DNA from: Pyrinomonadaceae bacterium
GTDB taxonomy: Bacteria; Acidobacteriota; Blastocatellia; Pyrinomonadales; Pyrinomonadaceae
Reading direction: 5' to 3'
DNA: 64,000 nt
Assembly: GCA_046313635.1 (NCBI GenBank)
Contig: JBKBYA010000001.1
Coordinates: forward strand, 703,471-767,470
This document shows positions 48,379-57,082 of this stretch, piece by piece (position 1 is the first letter of the stretch; each line of letters starts with the position of its first letter). Both the position numbers and the translations under genes were made by a program. The notes beneath the pieces are model-generated. The model was not told the DNA's origin. It searched no databases and worked only from the letters and a program-made list of their open reading frames with translations.

Positions 48379-50118
48379 TTACCGCGCGAGCTTTCGGCGC
48401 AGGCCGGAGAAGAGTTTTTCGAGCTCGCTCACGCCGAGGATCTTTGCGGCCAAAAGGAACGTGACGCCGCCGAGAGCGATCGGAACAAGAGCTTCGATCA
48501 GCTTGAAGGGCAGCGTCGTTCGTCCTATGAACGCCGCAAGCAGCAAGTGGTACGCGGCATAGCAAACCACGGCCATCACCGCCGACGCGCCGGCGATGCG
48601 GAAGAACGAAGACGCGATCTCGCGGCCGTTGAGACGCGCGATCTTGCGCTTCATAAAGATCGCGAGGGCGACAAAATTCACCAACGCGACGAGCGACGTC
48701 GCTAGCGCGACGCCGACGTGGCCGTAGCCGTGCGGCGTCTCGGGCGTGACGCCGTAATGCGACAGCCAATCGCGGAAAAAGTAGCTGCCGACGGCGTTCA
48801 CAAAGATCGAGGCGATGGCGATGACCATCGGCACCTTCGCGTCGTTCAGCGCGTAAAAGGCGGGCGAAAGCACCTTGATCGCCGCGTAGCCCGCAAGGCC
48901 GATCGAGTAGCCGGCCAGAGCGAGCGCGGTCATCGCCGTCGCCGCCGTCGTGAACGCCCCGCGTTCGTAGATCAGCCGCACGATCGGCTCGCCGAGAACT
49001 ATCAGCCCGACCGCCGACGGGATCGTCATTAAAAAGACGAGCCCGATCGACGACGACAGCGTGTCGCGAAAGTCCTTGATCTTGCCCTCGCTCGCCATTC
49101 GCGAGAGCACCGGAACGGACGCGGTCCCGATCGCCACGCCAAACAAACCGATCGGGAACTGCATCAGACGGAACGCGTAGCTCAGCCAGCCTTGAGCGCC
49201 TTCGATCTGCGAGACGAAGTACGTGTTGACGAGCACGTTGATCTGCACGGCCGACGTGCCGAGGATCGCCGGCGTCATCAGCGCCATTACGCGGCGGACG
49301 CCCTCGTCGGTGAAGTTGAGAGCAAACTGAAAACGGAAACCTACCTTTCGCAGCGACGGTAGCTGCATCACGAATTGCGCCGCGCCGCCGATCAGCGTGC
49401 CGATCGCCATTCCGATGATCGCCCACTGCGCCGCACCACTCGGCAGTGCGTTCTTGTCGCCCGAGCGCTCCCAGCCGCCGCCGCTGAGCCAGTACGCTAG
49501 CGCGACGCCGAAGACGATCGAGACGATGTTAAAGACCGTGGACGCCGAGGCCGGAATGCCGAAAACGCCTTTTGTATTCAGCACGCCCATCGCGACCGCC
49601 GCGAGAGCGACGAGCAGAATAAAGGGGAACATTATCTGCGTCAGCGTCGTCGCGAGCGCCGCCTTCTCGGGCGAGAACCCGTCCGCCACCAGATCGATGA
49701 ACTGCCGCGAGAACAAGATCCCGACAATGCAGATCACGCTCAGCACTACGGCAAGCGCATTGAGCACGAGGCTCGCGAGATGCCACGCTTCCTTTTCGCT
49801 TTTGTTGATCTGGTAATCGGTAAAGACCTTGACGAACGCCGCCGACAAAGCTCCCTCGGCAAACAAATCGCGGAGCACGTTCGGTATGCGAAAGGCAACG
49901 ACGTACGCGTCATACAAAAATCCCGCGCCGAAAAAGTATGCAAAGACCGTCTCTCGCACGAGCCCGAGCACGCGCGAGAACATCACCGCGATCGACACGA
50001 TGCCGGCCGAACGCGCGACGCTTGTCTGCTTTGTCGCCGGCGCGGCGGGCGGAGGTTCGGGCCGCGTGAGCAGCTCAGGATCTGGTGCGGTGGATTCTTC
50101 GGATTCGATATTTTGCAC
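48379..50118 (-). CDS. murJ: Lipid II flippase
   Basis: 'SRVLGLVRE', 'AFRIPN..R.LFAEGA', 'RLMQFPIGLFG'. Confidence 0.95.
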   Translation of the reverse strand: MQNIESEESTAPDPELLTRPEPPPAAPATKQTSVARSAGIVSIAVMFSRVLGLVRETVFAYFFGAGFLYDAYVVAFRIPNVLRDLFAEGALSAAFVKVFTDYQINKSEKEAWHLASLVLNALAVVLSVICIVGILFSRQFIDLVADGFSPEKAALATTLTQIMFPFILLVALAAVAMGVLNTKGVFGIPASASTVFNIVSIVFGVALAYWLSGGGWERSGDKNALPSGAAQWAIIGMAIGTLIGGAAQFVMQLPSLRKVGFRFQFALNFTDEGVRRVMALMTPAILGTSAVQINVLVNTYFVSQIEGAQGWLSYAFRLMQFPIGLFGVAIGTASVPVLSRMASEGKIKDFRDTLSSSIGLVFLMTIPSAVGLIVLGEPIVRLIYERGAFTTAATAMTALALAGYSIGLAGYAAIKVLSPAFYALNDAKVPMVIAIASIFVNAVGSYFFRDWLSHYGVTPETPHGYGHVGVALATSLVALVNFVALAIFMKRKIARLNGREIASSFFRIAGASAVMAVVCYAAYHLLLAAFIGRTTLPFKLIEALVPIALGGVTFLLAAKILGVSELEKLFSGLRRKLAR

Positions 50119-50156
50119 GGCTCAAAGCTGCGATTATTGCATGCCGCCGTTCAAAC

Positions 50157-50186
50157 AAAAAAGAAGCGGCCACGCAGGCCGCTTCT
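50157..50186 (-). terminator. Rho-independent terminator after dacB
   Basis: Minus strand AGAAGCGGCC-TGCGT-GGCCGCTTCT-TTTT. Confidence 0.75.
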
Positions 50187-50207
50187 CACGTTCAGTTGCC
50201 CGATCTC

Positions 50208-51644
50208 TTACGGCAGTCCCATCGCCGCCGTTTGGATCTGCTGCGGGTAGACGACGCGCGAACCGGCGAGACGCATCTCGAGCGGCACCGGCGAGTAGTT
50301 CATCGGAACCGCTCCGCCGAGAGCTCCCTGGATCATTCCGACGTAAAAATTCTGGAACGAGCGAAACCGTGCGACGCTGCCGCGCTGGTTAAAGATGACA
50401 AAGAGAAATCGGCCGCTGCGAGTGCTGATCTCGCCCGACAGGGCGCTGACGCCGCCGTCAGTATTTCCGAGCGTGCCGGTCTTGCCGACGACGCTGCCTT
50501 TTGAAAAGTCGCTCGCAAAACGCTCTTCGAGGGTGCCTTCGTCGAGGCCCGCGACGGGCATTACGTCGGCGAACGTCATTCTATACTGTGCCAGATCGCG
50601 GCGAAACGCACGAAGCAGTTTCATCATCGCCGACGGCGTGACGCGGTTGACGCCGAGTCCGCTTGAGGTCTGGATGTAAAACTCCGAAGCCGGCACGCTC
50701 GCGTTGAGCTGCACGATCCGCGCGACGGCCGACGGACCGCCGAGCATGTCGCCGAGGCGCTCGGCGAGAAAGTTATTCGAATAGCAAAGTGTCGCCTTCA
50801 CAATGTCGCGCATCGTTGGAGACTCGTGCGTAAAGAGCAGCCCGAGCGAGCTCGGCAGAGGCTGGACCATCGGCGATCCTGTAAAGCTAACGCTAGGCGT
50901 CGCAGGGAGCCGTCCCGCCTGCCCGGAATTGTTGACGAATGCGAGCCACTCACGAGTCGCCGCCGCCGGCCTGAGCGCGGCATTCAGAGTATTGAAGAGC
51001 AGCCGGCTCGTCCTCGACGCCGAGCCTGAATACGACATCGCAAAATCGTCCGTGACGATCAGGTCGCCCTCGATCGTGCGTATGCCGAGGCGGTTGAGCT
51101 CGTTCGCGATCGAAACGGCGTGTTCGTACGCGAAGACCGGATCGCGGCCCGAAACGTAAAGATTCCCTCTAAGCGTCGCCGTCTCGCGGTCGATGGTGCC
51201 GTCGGTCCAAACATTTGTCGGGAACCGGTATCCCGGACCGAAGGTCTTGAGCACGGCGTAGGCGGTCGCGATCTTTACGTTGGACGCGGGATTGTAAGCG
51301 GCGGTCGAGCCGTATTCGATGATCGGAGTGCCGTCAAGAGTTTCGACGAGGACGCCGCTGTAGCCGGGAATTTCGATCTCCGCAATCGCAGCCAATGTCG
51401 ACGCAGCGTACGGCGAAGAGGGATTGATGCTGGCGGTCTTTTTAACAAGCGATGGCGTCGTCGCGGTCTGCGTAGCCGCCGGCTCTGTTTGCTGAGGGCG
51501 ATAGACCTGAATGTCCTGCAGCAGCGGCCGAGGAGCGGCGGGCGTCGTCGACGGTGCCGGCGTCTGACCATGCGCGAAACTGCCGAGCAGGAAAAAAACT
51601 GCCGAAAAGAAACCGATAACGAGTCTGTGTGACCTGCTCTTCAT
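50208..51644 (-). CDS. dacB: D-Ala-D-Ala carboxypeptidase, S13 family
   Basis: SxxK 'ASNVK', SxN 'SNN', 'KTGTL'; signal peptide from Met at 51644. Confidence 0.85.
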   Translation of the reverse strand: MKSRSHRLVIGFFSAVFFLLGSFAHGQTPAPSTTPAAPRPLLQDIQVYRPQQTEPAATQTATTPSLVKKTASINPSSPYAASTLAAIAEIEIPGYSGVLVETLDGTPIIEYGSTAAYNPASNVKIATAYAVLKTFGPGYRFPTNVWTDGTIDRETATLRGNLYVSGRDPVFAYEHAVSIANELNRLGIRTIEGDLIVTDDFAMSYSGSASRTSRLLFNTLNAALRPAAATREWLAFVNNSGQAGRLPATPSVSFTGSPMVQPLPSSLGLLFTHESPTMRDIVKATLCYSNNFLAERLGDMLGGPSAVARIVQLNASVPASEFYIQTSSGLGVNRVTPSAMMKLLRAFRRDLAQYRMTFADVMPVAGLDEGTLEERFASDFSKGSVVGKTGTLGNTDGGVSALSGEISTRSGRFLFVIFNQRGSVARFRSFQNFYVGMIQGALGGAVPMNYSPVPLEMRLAGSRVVYPQQIQTAAMGLP

Positions 51645-51898
51645 TATTGCACCGTGGTATATCCGGGGAACGAGGTCGACCGCAGTCGGTCGTGAGGGAA
51701 GGCGTTCACCAGTATAGCCACGCCTTTCATTATTTACAATACTCATTCGTCGGGCTGTATTCCCAGATACAGACGCCATTCAGATGAAATCCTCCGCTTG
51801 CGAGATGTAATGAGTTTGCCTTTAGAGAAACCAGGCCGGCCGCTCGCCGGGATAAATGAGTAGCTGCTCGTCGTCAAACTAGCTGCCGCCCAAATTCA

Positions 51899-51927
51899 TT
51901 GACACGCGAATTGGCCGCTCCTAGAAT
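51899..51927 (+). promoter_or_regulatory. Sigma70 promoter for ogg
   Basis: TTGACA-N17-TAGAAT. Confidence 0.75.
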
Positions 51928-51945
51928 CGATTAACCGGCCGCATT

Positions 51946-52608
51946 GTGAAGACCCAACGGCAACCCTTGACGCTTGAACAGGTAAAGGCGGCCTACGACG
52001 AAAGGCGCGCCGAGATACGCGCGCGGATCGACGAGTTTCAGGATGTTTGGCAAAACGGCGACGACGCCCGCTTGTGGGAAGAGATGGTCTACTGCTTTTT
52101 CACCGGCGGATGTTCGGCACGGATGGGAATCCGTTCGGTCGATGCGGTCCGTCATCTGCTGGCCGACGGCACGCACGAGCAGCTGATGAACGCTCTCGTC
52201 GGCGTACACCGCTACCCGCGGGCGCGTTCGCGATATGTCATCGAGTCGCGAGACTTTTTGACGGACGATTGCGGAATGCGTTTGCGAGACCGGCTCAGTG
52301 CATTCACCGGCGATCACGAGCGGCGCGATTGGCTCGTCAAGGAAAAGCGCATCAAAGGCCTCGGCTACAAAGAGGCGAGCCATTATCTACGTAATATCGG
52401 CTTCCAGGGATACGCGATACTCGACAAGCACGTCCTTAACTGCATGGCCGAGCTGAATATAATCGACGACCCAAAGCCACCGACGACGCGTTCGCGGTAT
52501 CTAAGCCTAGAGGCAAAACTTCGCGACTTTGCCGAACGTATTGAAATCGATTTCGACGAGATGGATCTTGTGCTTTGGTCTCTCAAGACCGGCGTGATCC
52601 TGAAATGA
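51946..52608 (+). CDS. ogg: 8-oxoguanine DNA glycosylase/AP lyase (Ogg2-type)
   Basis: HhH 'IKGLGYKEASHYLRNIG', 'AILDKH', 'DLVLW..KTGVILK' with terminal Lys. Confidence 0.88.
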   Translation: MKTQRQPLTLEQVKAAYDERRAEIRARIDEFQDVWQNGDDARLWEEMVYCFFTGGCSARMGIRSVDAVRHLLADGTHEQLMNALVGVHRYPRARSRYVIESRDFLTDDCGMRLRDRLSAFTGDHERRDWLVKEKRIKGLGYKEASHYLRNIGFQGYAILDKHVLNCMAELNIIDDPKPPTTRSRYLSLEAKLRDFAERIEIDFDEMDLVLWSLKTGVILK

Positions 52609-52635
52609 TCCCACCGCCGAAAAGGAGTGTGCGAA

Positions 52636-54198
52636 ATGTTTTCTGCCGGAAGGCTCGCCCGCAGGTCCTTTTCTCCTTTTCTCCTTCACACGCTCTTGCT
52701 GTGCGCCTTAGCCGGCCCGCTGCTCGCGCCGGCGACCTTTGCGCAGCGGCGGTCGGCCGACGACTCGAAGCGCGATCTTAAGCTCGGCAGAAAGCTTCTC
52801 GCCAACGGCCGCAACGACGACGCAGAAAAGCTGTACCGACGAATGCTCGCCGCGCGGCCCGACCTGTCGGCGGCAAAGGTGGAGCTTGCCTTCACGCTGC
52901 TGAGGCAGCGGCACATTCGCGCGGCGTACGATCTTGCGTTCGAGGTCGCTCGTGCCGAACCGAACAACGCGCGGGCATACGCCGTGCTCGGTACGGTGCT
53001 TCTTACCGCGGGCCGCTTTGACGATGCACGGCCGGTGCTGCTCACGGCGGTGTCGCTCGACCGCGGCGAGGACCTCGCGTGGGCCGGACTGGGACGTCTC
53101 AACTTTTACGAGAACAGGATCGAAGAAGGCCTCGGCAATCTTCGCGAAGCCGTCTTTCTGCAGCCGACCGAGCCCGACTACCTGTACGCCCTCGGGCAGG
53201 TCGCGGCACGCGCCGAATACTATCGCGAGGCCGCCGACGCTTACCGCAGGTTTCTCTCCGTCGCGCGCGACATTGAGGACGACCGCCGACAGAGAATCAA
53301 AGGCCTGGTCGGATTTCTTAGCTACCTGGGCCAGCGCGACGAGCTCTACGTCACCGGCGGGCCGCCGTCGGCGACCGTTCCTATCGATCTGGTCGGCAAT
53401 CGTCCGATCATTTCGCTAAAGCTGAATAACGATCCTCGTGTCTTTAGATTCGTGCTCGATACTGGTTCGGGCATGACGGTTGTATCCGACCGCACCGCCG
53501 CGGCGCTTAACATCAGGCCGATCACCAAGGGCGGATACGCGAAAGGCATCGGCGGCGACGGCCGCTTCGAGATCGTCTACGGTTTTGTCCGCAGCGTCGC
53601 GATCGGCGACGTGCGGGTGCGGAACGTGCCCGTCTACATTCGCCGGTTCCATTCAGATACCGAGGCCATCGACGGTTATATCGGTCTGTCGCTCATCTCC
53701 AAATTCCTGACGACGATCGATTACGGTTTGCTGACGTTCGCGCTCGCTAAAAAGGACAGCGCCGCGCCGGTCAATAGCGGCCACACTCTGCCGCTGCGGT
53801 TGACGTCCAGCGGCTTTTTGAGCGGCGAGGTCCAGCTCGAGGGGCTGGAGAGCCCGCTGAATTTTATCGTCGACACCGGTGCAAGCGTTTCGGTCATTTC
53901 CGAGGAGATCGCGCAGAGCGAGCCCTTCTCGACCTTTGCTCGCGGAACGCCGATGCGCGTGATCGGCGCGGCAGGCGTGACCGACGACGTGCCGTCGCTC
54001 GAATTGCCGCGCGTCCGATTCGGGCCTCATTCGCGCGACCGTCTGACGGCCATCGCGCTGAACCTCGGGCTGATCAACGAATCGTCGGGTTTTGAGCAGG
54101 CCGGCATCCTCGGCGGCAACTTTCTCCGCAATTACCGTTTGACCTTTGACTTCAAAAATTCAAAAGTGACCTTTGCGCCGATCGGCGCTCCAAAGTGA
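52636..54198 (+). CDS. TPR protein with two retropepsin-like aspartyl protease domains
   Basis: TPRs; 'FVLDTGS' and 'FIVDTGA'; 'GILGGNFL'. Confidence 0.85.
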   Translation: MFSAGRLARRSFSPFLLHTLLLCALAGPLLAPATFAQRRSADDSKRDLKLGRKLLANGRNDDAEKLYRRMLAARPDLSAAKVELAFTLLRQRHIRAAYDLAFEVARAEPNNARAYAVLGTVLLTAGRFDDARPVLLTAVSLDRGEDLAWAGLGRLNFYENRIEEGLGNLREAVFLQPTEPDYLYALGQVAARAEYYREAADAYRRFLSVARDIEDDRRQRIKGLVGFLSYLGQRDELYVTGGPPSATVPIDLVGNRPIISLKLNNDPRVFRFVLDTGSGMTVVSDRTAAALNIRPITKGGYAKGIGGDGRFEIVYGFVRSVAIGDVRVRNVPVYIRRFHSDTEAIDGYIGLSLISKFLTTIDYGLLTFALAKKDSAAPVNSGHTLPLRLTSSGFLSGEVQLEGLESPLNFIVDTGASVSVISEEIAQSEPFSTFARGTPMRVIGAAGVTDDVPSLELPRVRFGPHSRDRLTAIALNLGLINESSGFEQAGILGGNFLRNYRLTFDFKNSKVTFAPIGAPK

Positions 54199-54202
54199 AC
54201 TG

Positions 54203-54661
54203 ATGAAGCTGAGCCTCTATCTCGAAACCTCCGTCGTCGGTGCATACCTCGACAACGGCGAGCCGTTTCGCCGCGACCTGACCATCCGCTGGTGGGAGCA
54301 CGAGCTATCGGAGTATCGAGCCTTCAGCTCGGCGCTCGTCGAGCGTGAGCTCGAGCGCGTCGCCGAACCGCACCGCTCGGGCTACCTCAACCTGATCAAG
54401 CCACTCGAGCAGCTGGAGCTGAACGAGGAGATCGCGATCCTCGCCGAGGGCTACATCTCGCGCGGCATCTTTCAGCGCAAGTTCATCGCCGACGCGCTGC
54501 ATGTCGCGCTCGCTTCGTTTCACAAGATCGACTACTTCGTCACGTGGAATTTCGGCCACATCGCGAACGTGCGCAAGCAGGCGAGGCTCAAGCTCTTCAA
54601 CACGGCCGCGGGATTCTTCTCGCCGGCGATCGTCACGCCGGAATTCCTCGTTCACAGCTGA
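54203..54661 (+). CDS. PIN-domain (VapC-like) protein
   Basis: 'YLETSV', 'EREL', 'DALHVALA', 'VTWNFGHIAN'. Confidence 0.85.
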   Translation: MKLSLYLETSVVGAYLDNGEPFRRDLTIRWWEHELSEYRAFSSALVERELERVAEPHRSGYLNLIKPLEQLELNEEIAILAEGYISRGIFQRKFIADALHVALASFHKIDYFVTWNFGHIANVRKQARLKLFNTAAGFFSPAIVTPEFLVHS

Positions 54662-54721
54662 CCGACAAAGAGGCCGCGGACTGTTGACCTTGCACCGCCG
54701 GATTGAGAATCTATCTTTGCA

Positions 54722-54949
54722 ATGTACCGGCGTCCGAAATTCCTCGAGGTCCTGCTGACCATCCGCGAAGAGATGGCCCGCGAGGCCGACTACGACGTCG
54801 ATCTCTTTGCCGAAATGGTCCGTTCCGGAAGTCGCAGGGACACCTGGGCCATTCACAGCCTCACCGAGATCGACCAGCCCGCCAGGCAAAAACGTAAAAG
54901 TCCCGATACAGACCGCGGTTCGCGCGAGCGCAAACAGAAGAACAACTGA
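54722..54949 (+). CDS. Small protein, putative antitoxin partner of the PIN gene
   Basis: 'LLTIREEMAREADYDVD.F' helical motif directly downstream of the PIN gene. Confidence 0.6.
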   Translation: MYRRPKFLEVLLTIREEMAREADYDVDLFAEMVRSGSRRDTWAIHSLTEIDQPARQKRKSPDTDRGSRERKQKNN

Positions 54950-55069
54950 CAGGTTTCCCGTCGCTGCCGACTTATCTTGAGGTTGCACTTTGGAACTGCT
55001 TTAATAGCGCCGACGAGCGCGGTTCGAGGCTCGTGAGCTGCCTACACGCGTCAACGTGCGACAGATCGA

Positions 55070-55672
55070 ATGACACGGTACCTCATTTCCTGCCTTCTGA
55101 TCGCCGCGGTAGTCGGCGTCGCCGGCGCTTATTTTTTCAACGACTTTTGGATCCATCGCTACGACCCGCTGATCGCGCGGCAGGCGACGCTTTACCGGCT
55201 CGACGACAAGCTCGTTTGGAGCGTTATCTACGAGGAGACGTACTTCCGGCCGTGGATGATCGGGGCAGACGACGAGGTCGGATTGATGCAGGTCACGCCG
55301 CTTGTCGCGCGGACGTGGGCGCGAGAGACCGGTCTTCGTGAATTCGAGCGGCAGACGGCCGACAATGTCGTCGAATTTCTCCGCGACCCCGAGCGAAATA
55401 TGCAGGTCGGATGCTGGTATCTCGAAAAGCTCCGCGAACAGTATCGCGGCTCGCCGGCGGAGACCGCGATGACGCTCGCTGCCTACAACGCGGGCCCGAG
55501 CCGCGTCGAAGAATGGACGCGCGGCACGGGCGAGCTGTCCGAGAGCGCGTTCATCGAACGGATCGATATCGCGACCACCCGCGCCTACGTTTCTTCGATC
55601 CTCGCCCGCTACAGACGCGCGACCGTCTCGCAGCCGAAGCCGGAATCGGCCTCGTCCCCTCAAACCAAATGA
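55070..55672 (+). CDS. Soluble lytic transglycosylase (SLT) domain protein
   Basis: 'IYEETYF', 'GLMQV', 'AAYNAG'. Confidence 0.9.
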   Translation: MTRYLISCLLIAAVVGVAGAYFFNDFWIHRYDPLIARQATLYRLDDKLVWSVIYEETYFRPWMIGADDEVGLMQVTPLVARTWARETGLREFERQTADNVVEFLRDPERNMQVGCWYLEKLREQYRGSPAETAMTLAAYNAGPSRVEEWTRGTGELSESAFIERIDIATTRAYVSSILARYRRATVSQPKPESASSPQTK

Positions 55673-57021
55673 AGATCTTCACAGCCGATTACGTGCTACC
55701 GGTCTCGTCCGAGCCCATCAGCCCGGGAGCCGTCGCCATCGACGGAACGCAGATCGCGGCCGTGGGCGAAAAGGGCAGCGTGATCGAACGGTTTCCCGCC
55801 GCGGAGGTGGAGGACCTCGGTCATTCGGCAATTCTGCCGGGATTTGTGAATTGCCACTCGCACCTCGAGATCACGTCAATGCGGGGTTACCTCGACTCGG
55901 TCGAGCACGACTTTTACTCGTGGCTTATCAAGCTCACAAAGACGCGGGCCGAGCTGTTGTCGGACGACGATATCCGGACCGGAGCGCTCGTCGGCGCGGT
56001 CGAGGGAGCGCGTGCGGGCGTGACCTGCTTTGGCGACATCGGGCGGTTTGGCCGGGCCGGTTTTGACGCGCTTCGCGAGGCCGGGCTGCGCGGGATCGTT
56101 TTTCAGGAGACGGAATTTGCTCCCACCGACGATCAGGCGGCCGAGGCGTTTGCGACGCTGCGAAATAGATTCGAAGAGCTGCGCGGTCGCGAGACCGAGC
56201 TCGTAAAGATAGGCATCTCGCCGCACGCTCCGTACACGGTCAGCGTCGCGCTTTTTGAGACGATCGCGAGATTCGCGGTCGACGAATCTGTGCGGCTGAC
56301 GGTGCACACGGCCGAGTCGACGGACGAGCAGGACCTGTTGACGCGCGGGGACGGATTCTTTCGTCAGATCTACGATAATCTCGGCATCGAGTGGCAGCGG
56401 CCGCGGTGCACGTCGATCGAGCTGATGGAGCGGACCGGAATTCTTGCGACGCGGCCGCTGCTTGCGCACTGCGTGCGCGTATCGGAGCACGACATCGATC
56501 TGATCGCCGCGAGCGGTGCGTCGGTCGCCCACTGCCCGAAGTCGAACGCCAAGTTCGGCCACGGCTACGCACCTCTCGAACGGCTGCTCGATGCCGGCAT
56601 CGCCGTCGGTCTGGGGAGCGATTCAGTCGCGAGCAACAACGCCTGCGATCTGATCGAGGAAGCTCGTTTCGCATCGCTCGCCGCCCGCAACCGGGCCGAC
56701 CGCTCGCGCTTCATTACGGCCGGCGAGGTCATCGAGGCGGCAACGCTCGGCGGTGCGAAAGCTCTCGGTCTAGACACGCTCGTCGGATCTATCGAGACGG
56801 GCAAGCAAGCAGACCTCGCTGTCGTCTCGCTCGAGAAGGCCGCTCAGCAGCCAGTTCATGACATCGCGTCGACGGTCATTTTTTCGTCATCGGCGCGTGA
56901 CGTCGCTATGACGATGGTCGCGGGTGAGATCGTTTATCGGGACGGACGTTCGACGATGGTCGACGAACGTGAGCTGCTCGAGCGTTCAAAGCTGATCGCC
57001 CGCAAGATCGGGCCAGCGTAA
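55669..57021 (+). CDS. Amidohydrolase (MTA/SAH or aminodeoxyfutalosine deaminase-like)
   Basis: 'PGFVNCHSHLE', 'SPHAPY', 'HTAES', 'HCPKSN', 'LGSDS'. Confidence 0.88.
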   Translation: MKIFTADYVLPVSSEPISPGAVAIDGTQIAAVGEKGSVIERFPAAEVEDLGHSAILPGFVNCHSHLEITSMRGYLDSVEHDFYSWLIKLTKTRAELLSDDDIRTGALVGAVEGARAGVTCFGDIGRFGRAGFDALREAGLRGIVFQETEFAPTDDQAAEAFATLRNRFEELRGRETELVKIGISPHAPYTVSVALFETIARFAVDESVRLTVHTAESTDEQDLLTRGDGFFRQIYDNLGIEWQRPRCTSIELMERTGILATRPLLAHCVRVSEHDIDLIAASGASVAHCPKSNAKFGHGYAPLERLLDAGIAVGLGSDSVASNNACDLIEEARFASLAARNRADRSRFITAGEVIEAATLGGAKALGLDTLVGSIETGKQADLAVVSLEKAAQQPVHDIASTVIFSSSARDVAMTMVAGEIVYRDGRSTMVDERELLERSKLIARKIGPA

Positions 57022-57051
57022 AAAAAAGACGGCCCTTTTTCGAGGGCCGCC
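57020..57051 (-). terminator. Terminator between convergent genes
   Basis: Minus strand GGCGGCCCTCG-AAA-AAGGGCCGTC-TTTTTTT. Confidence 0.65.
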
Positions 57052-57082
57052 CTTAACGGAGTAACAAGTCTCCGGCAACGCT

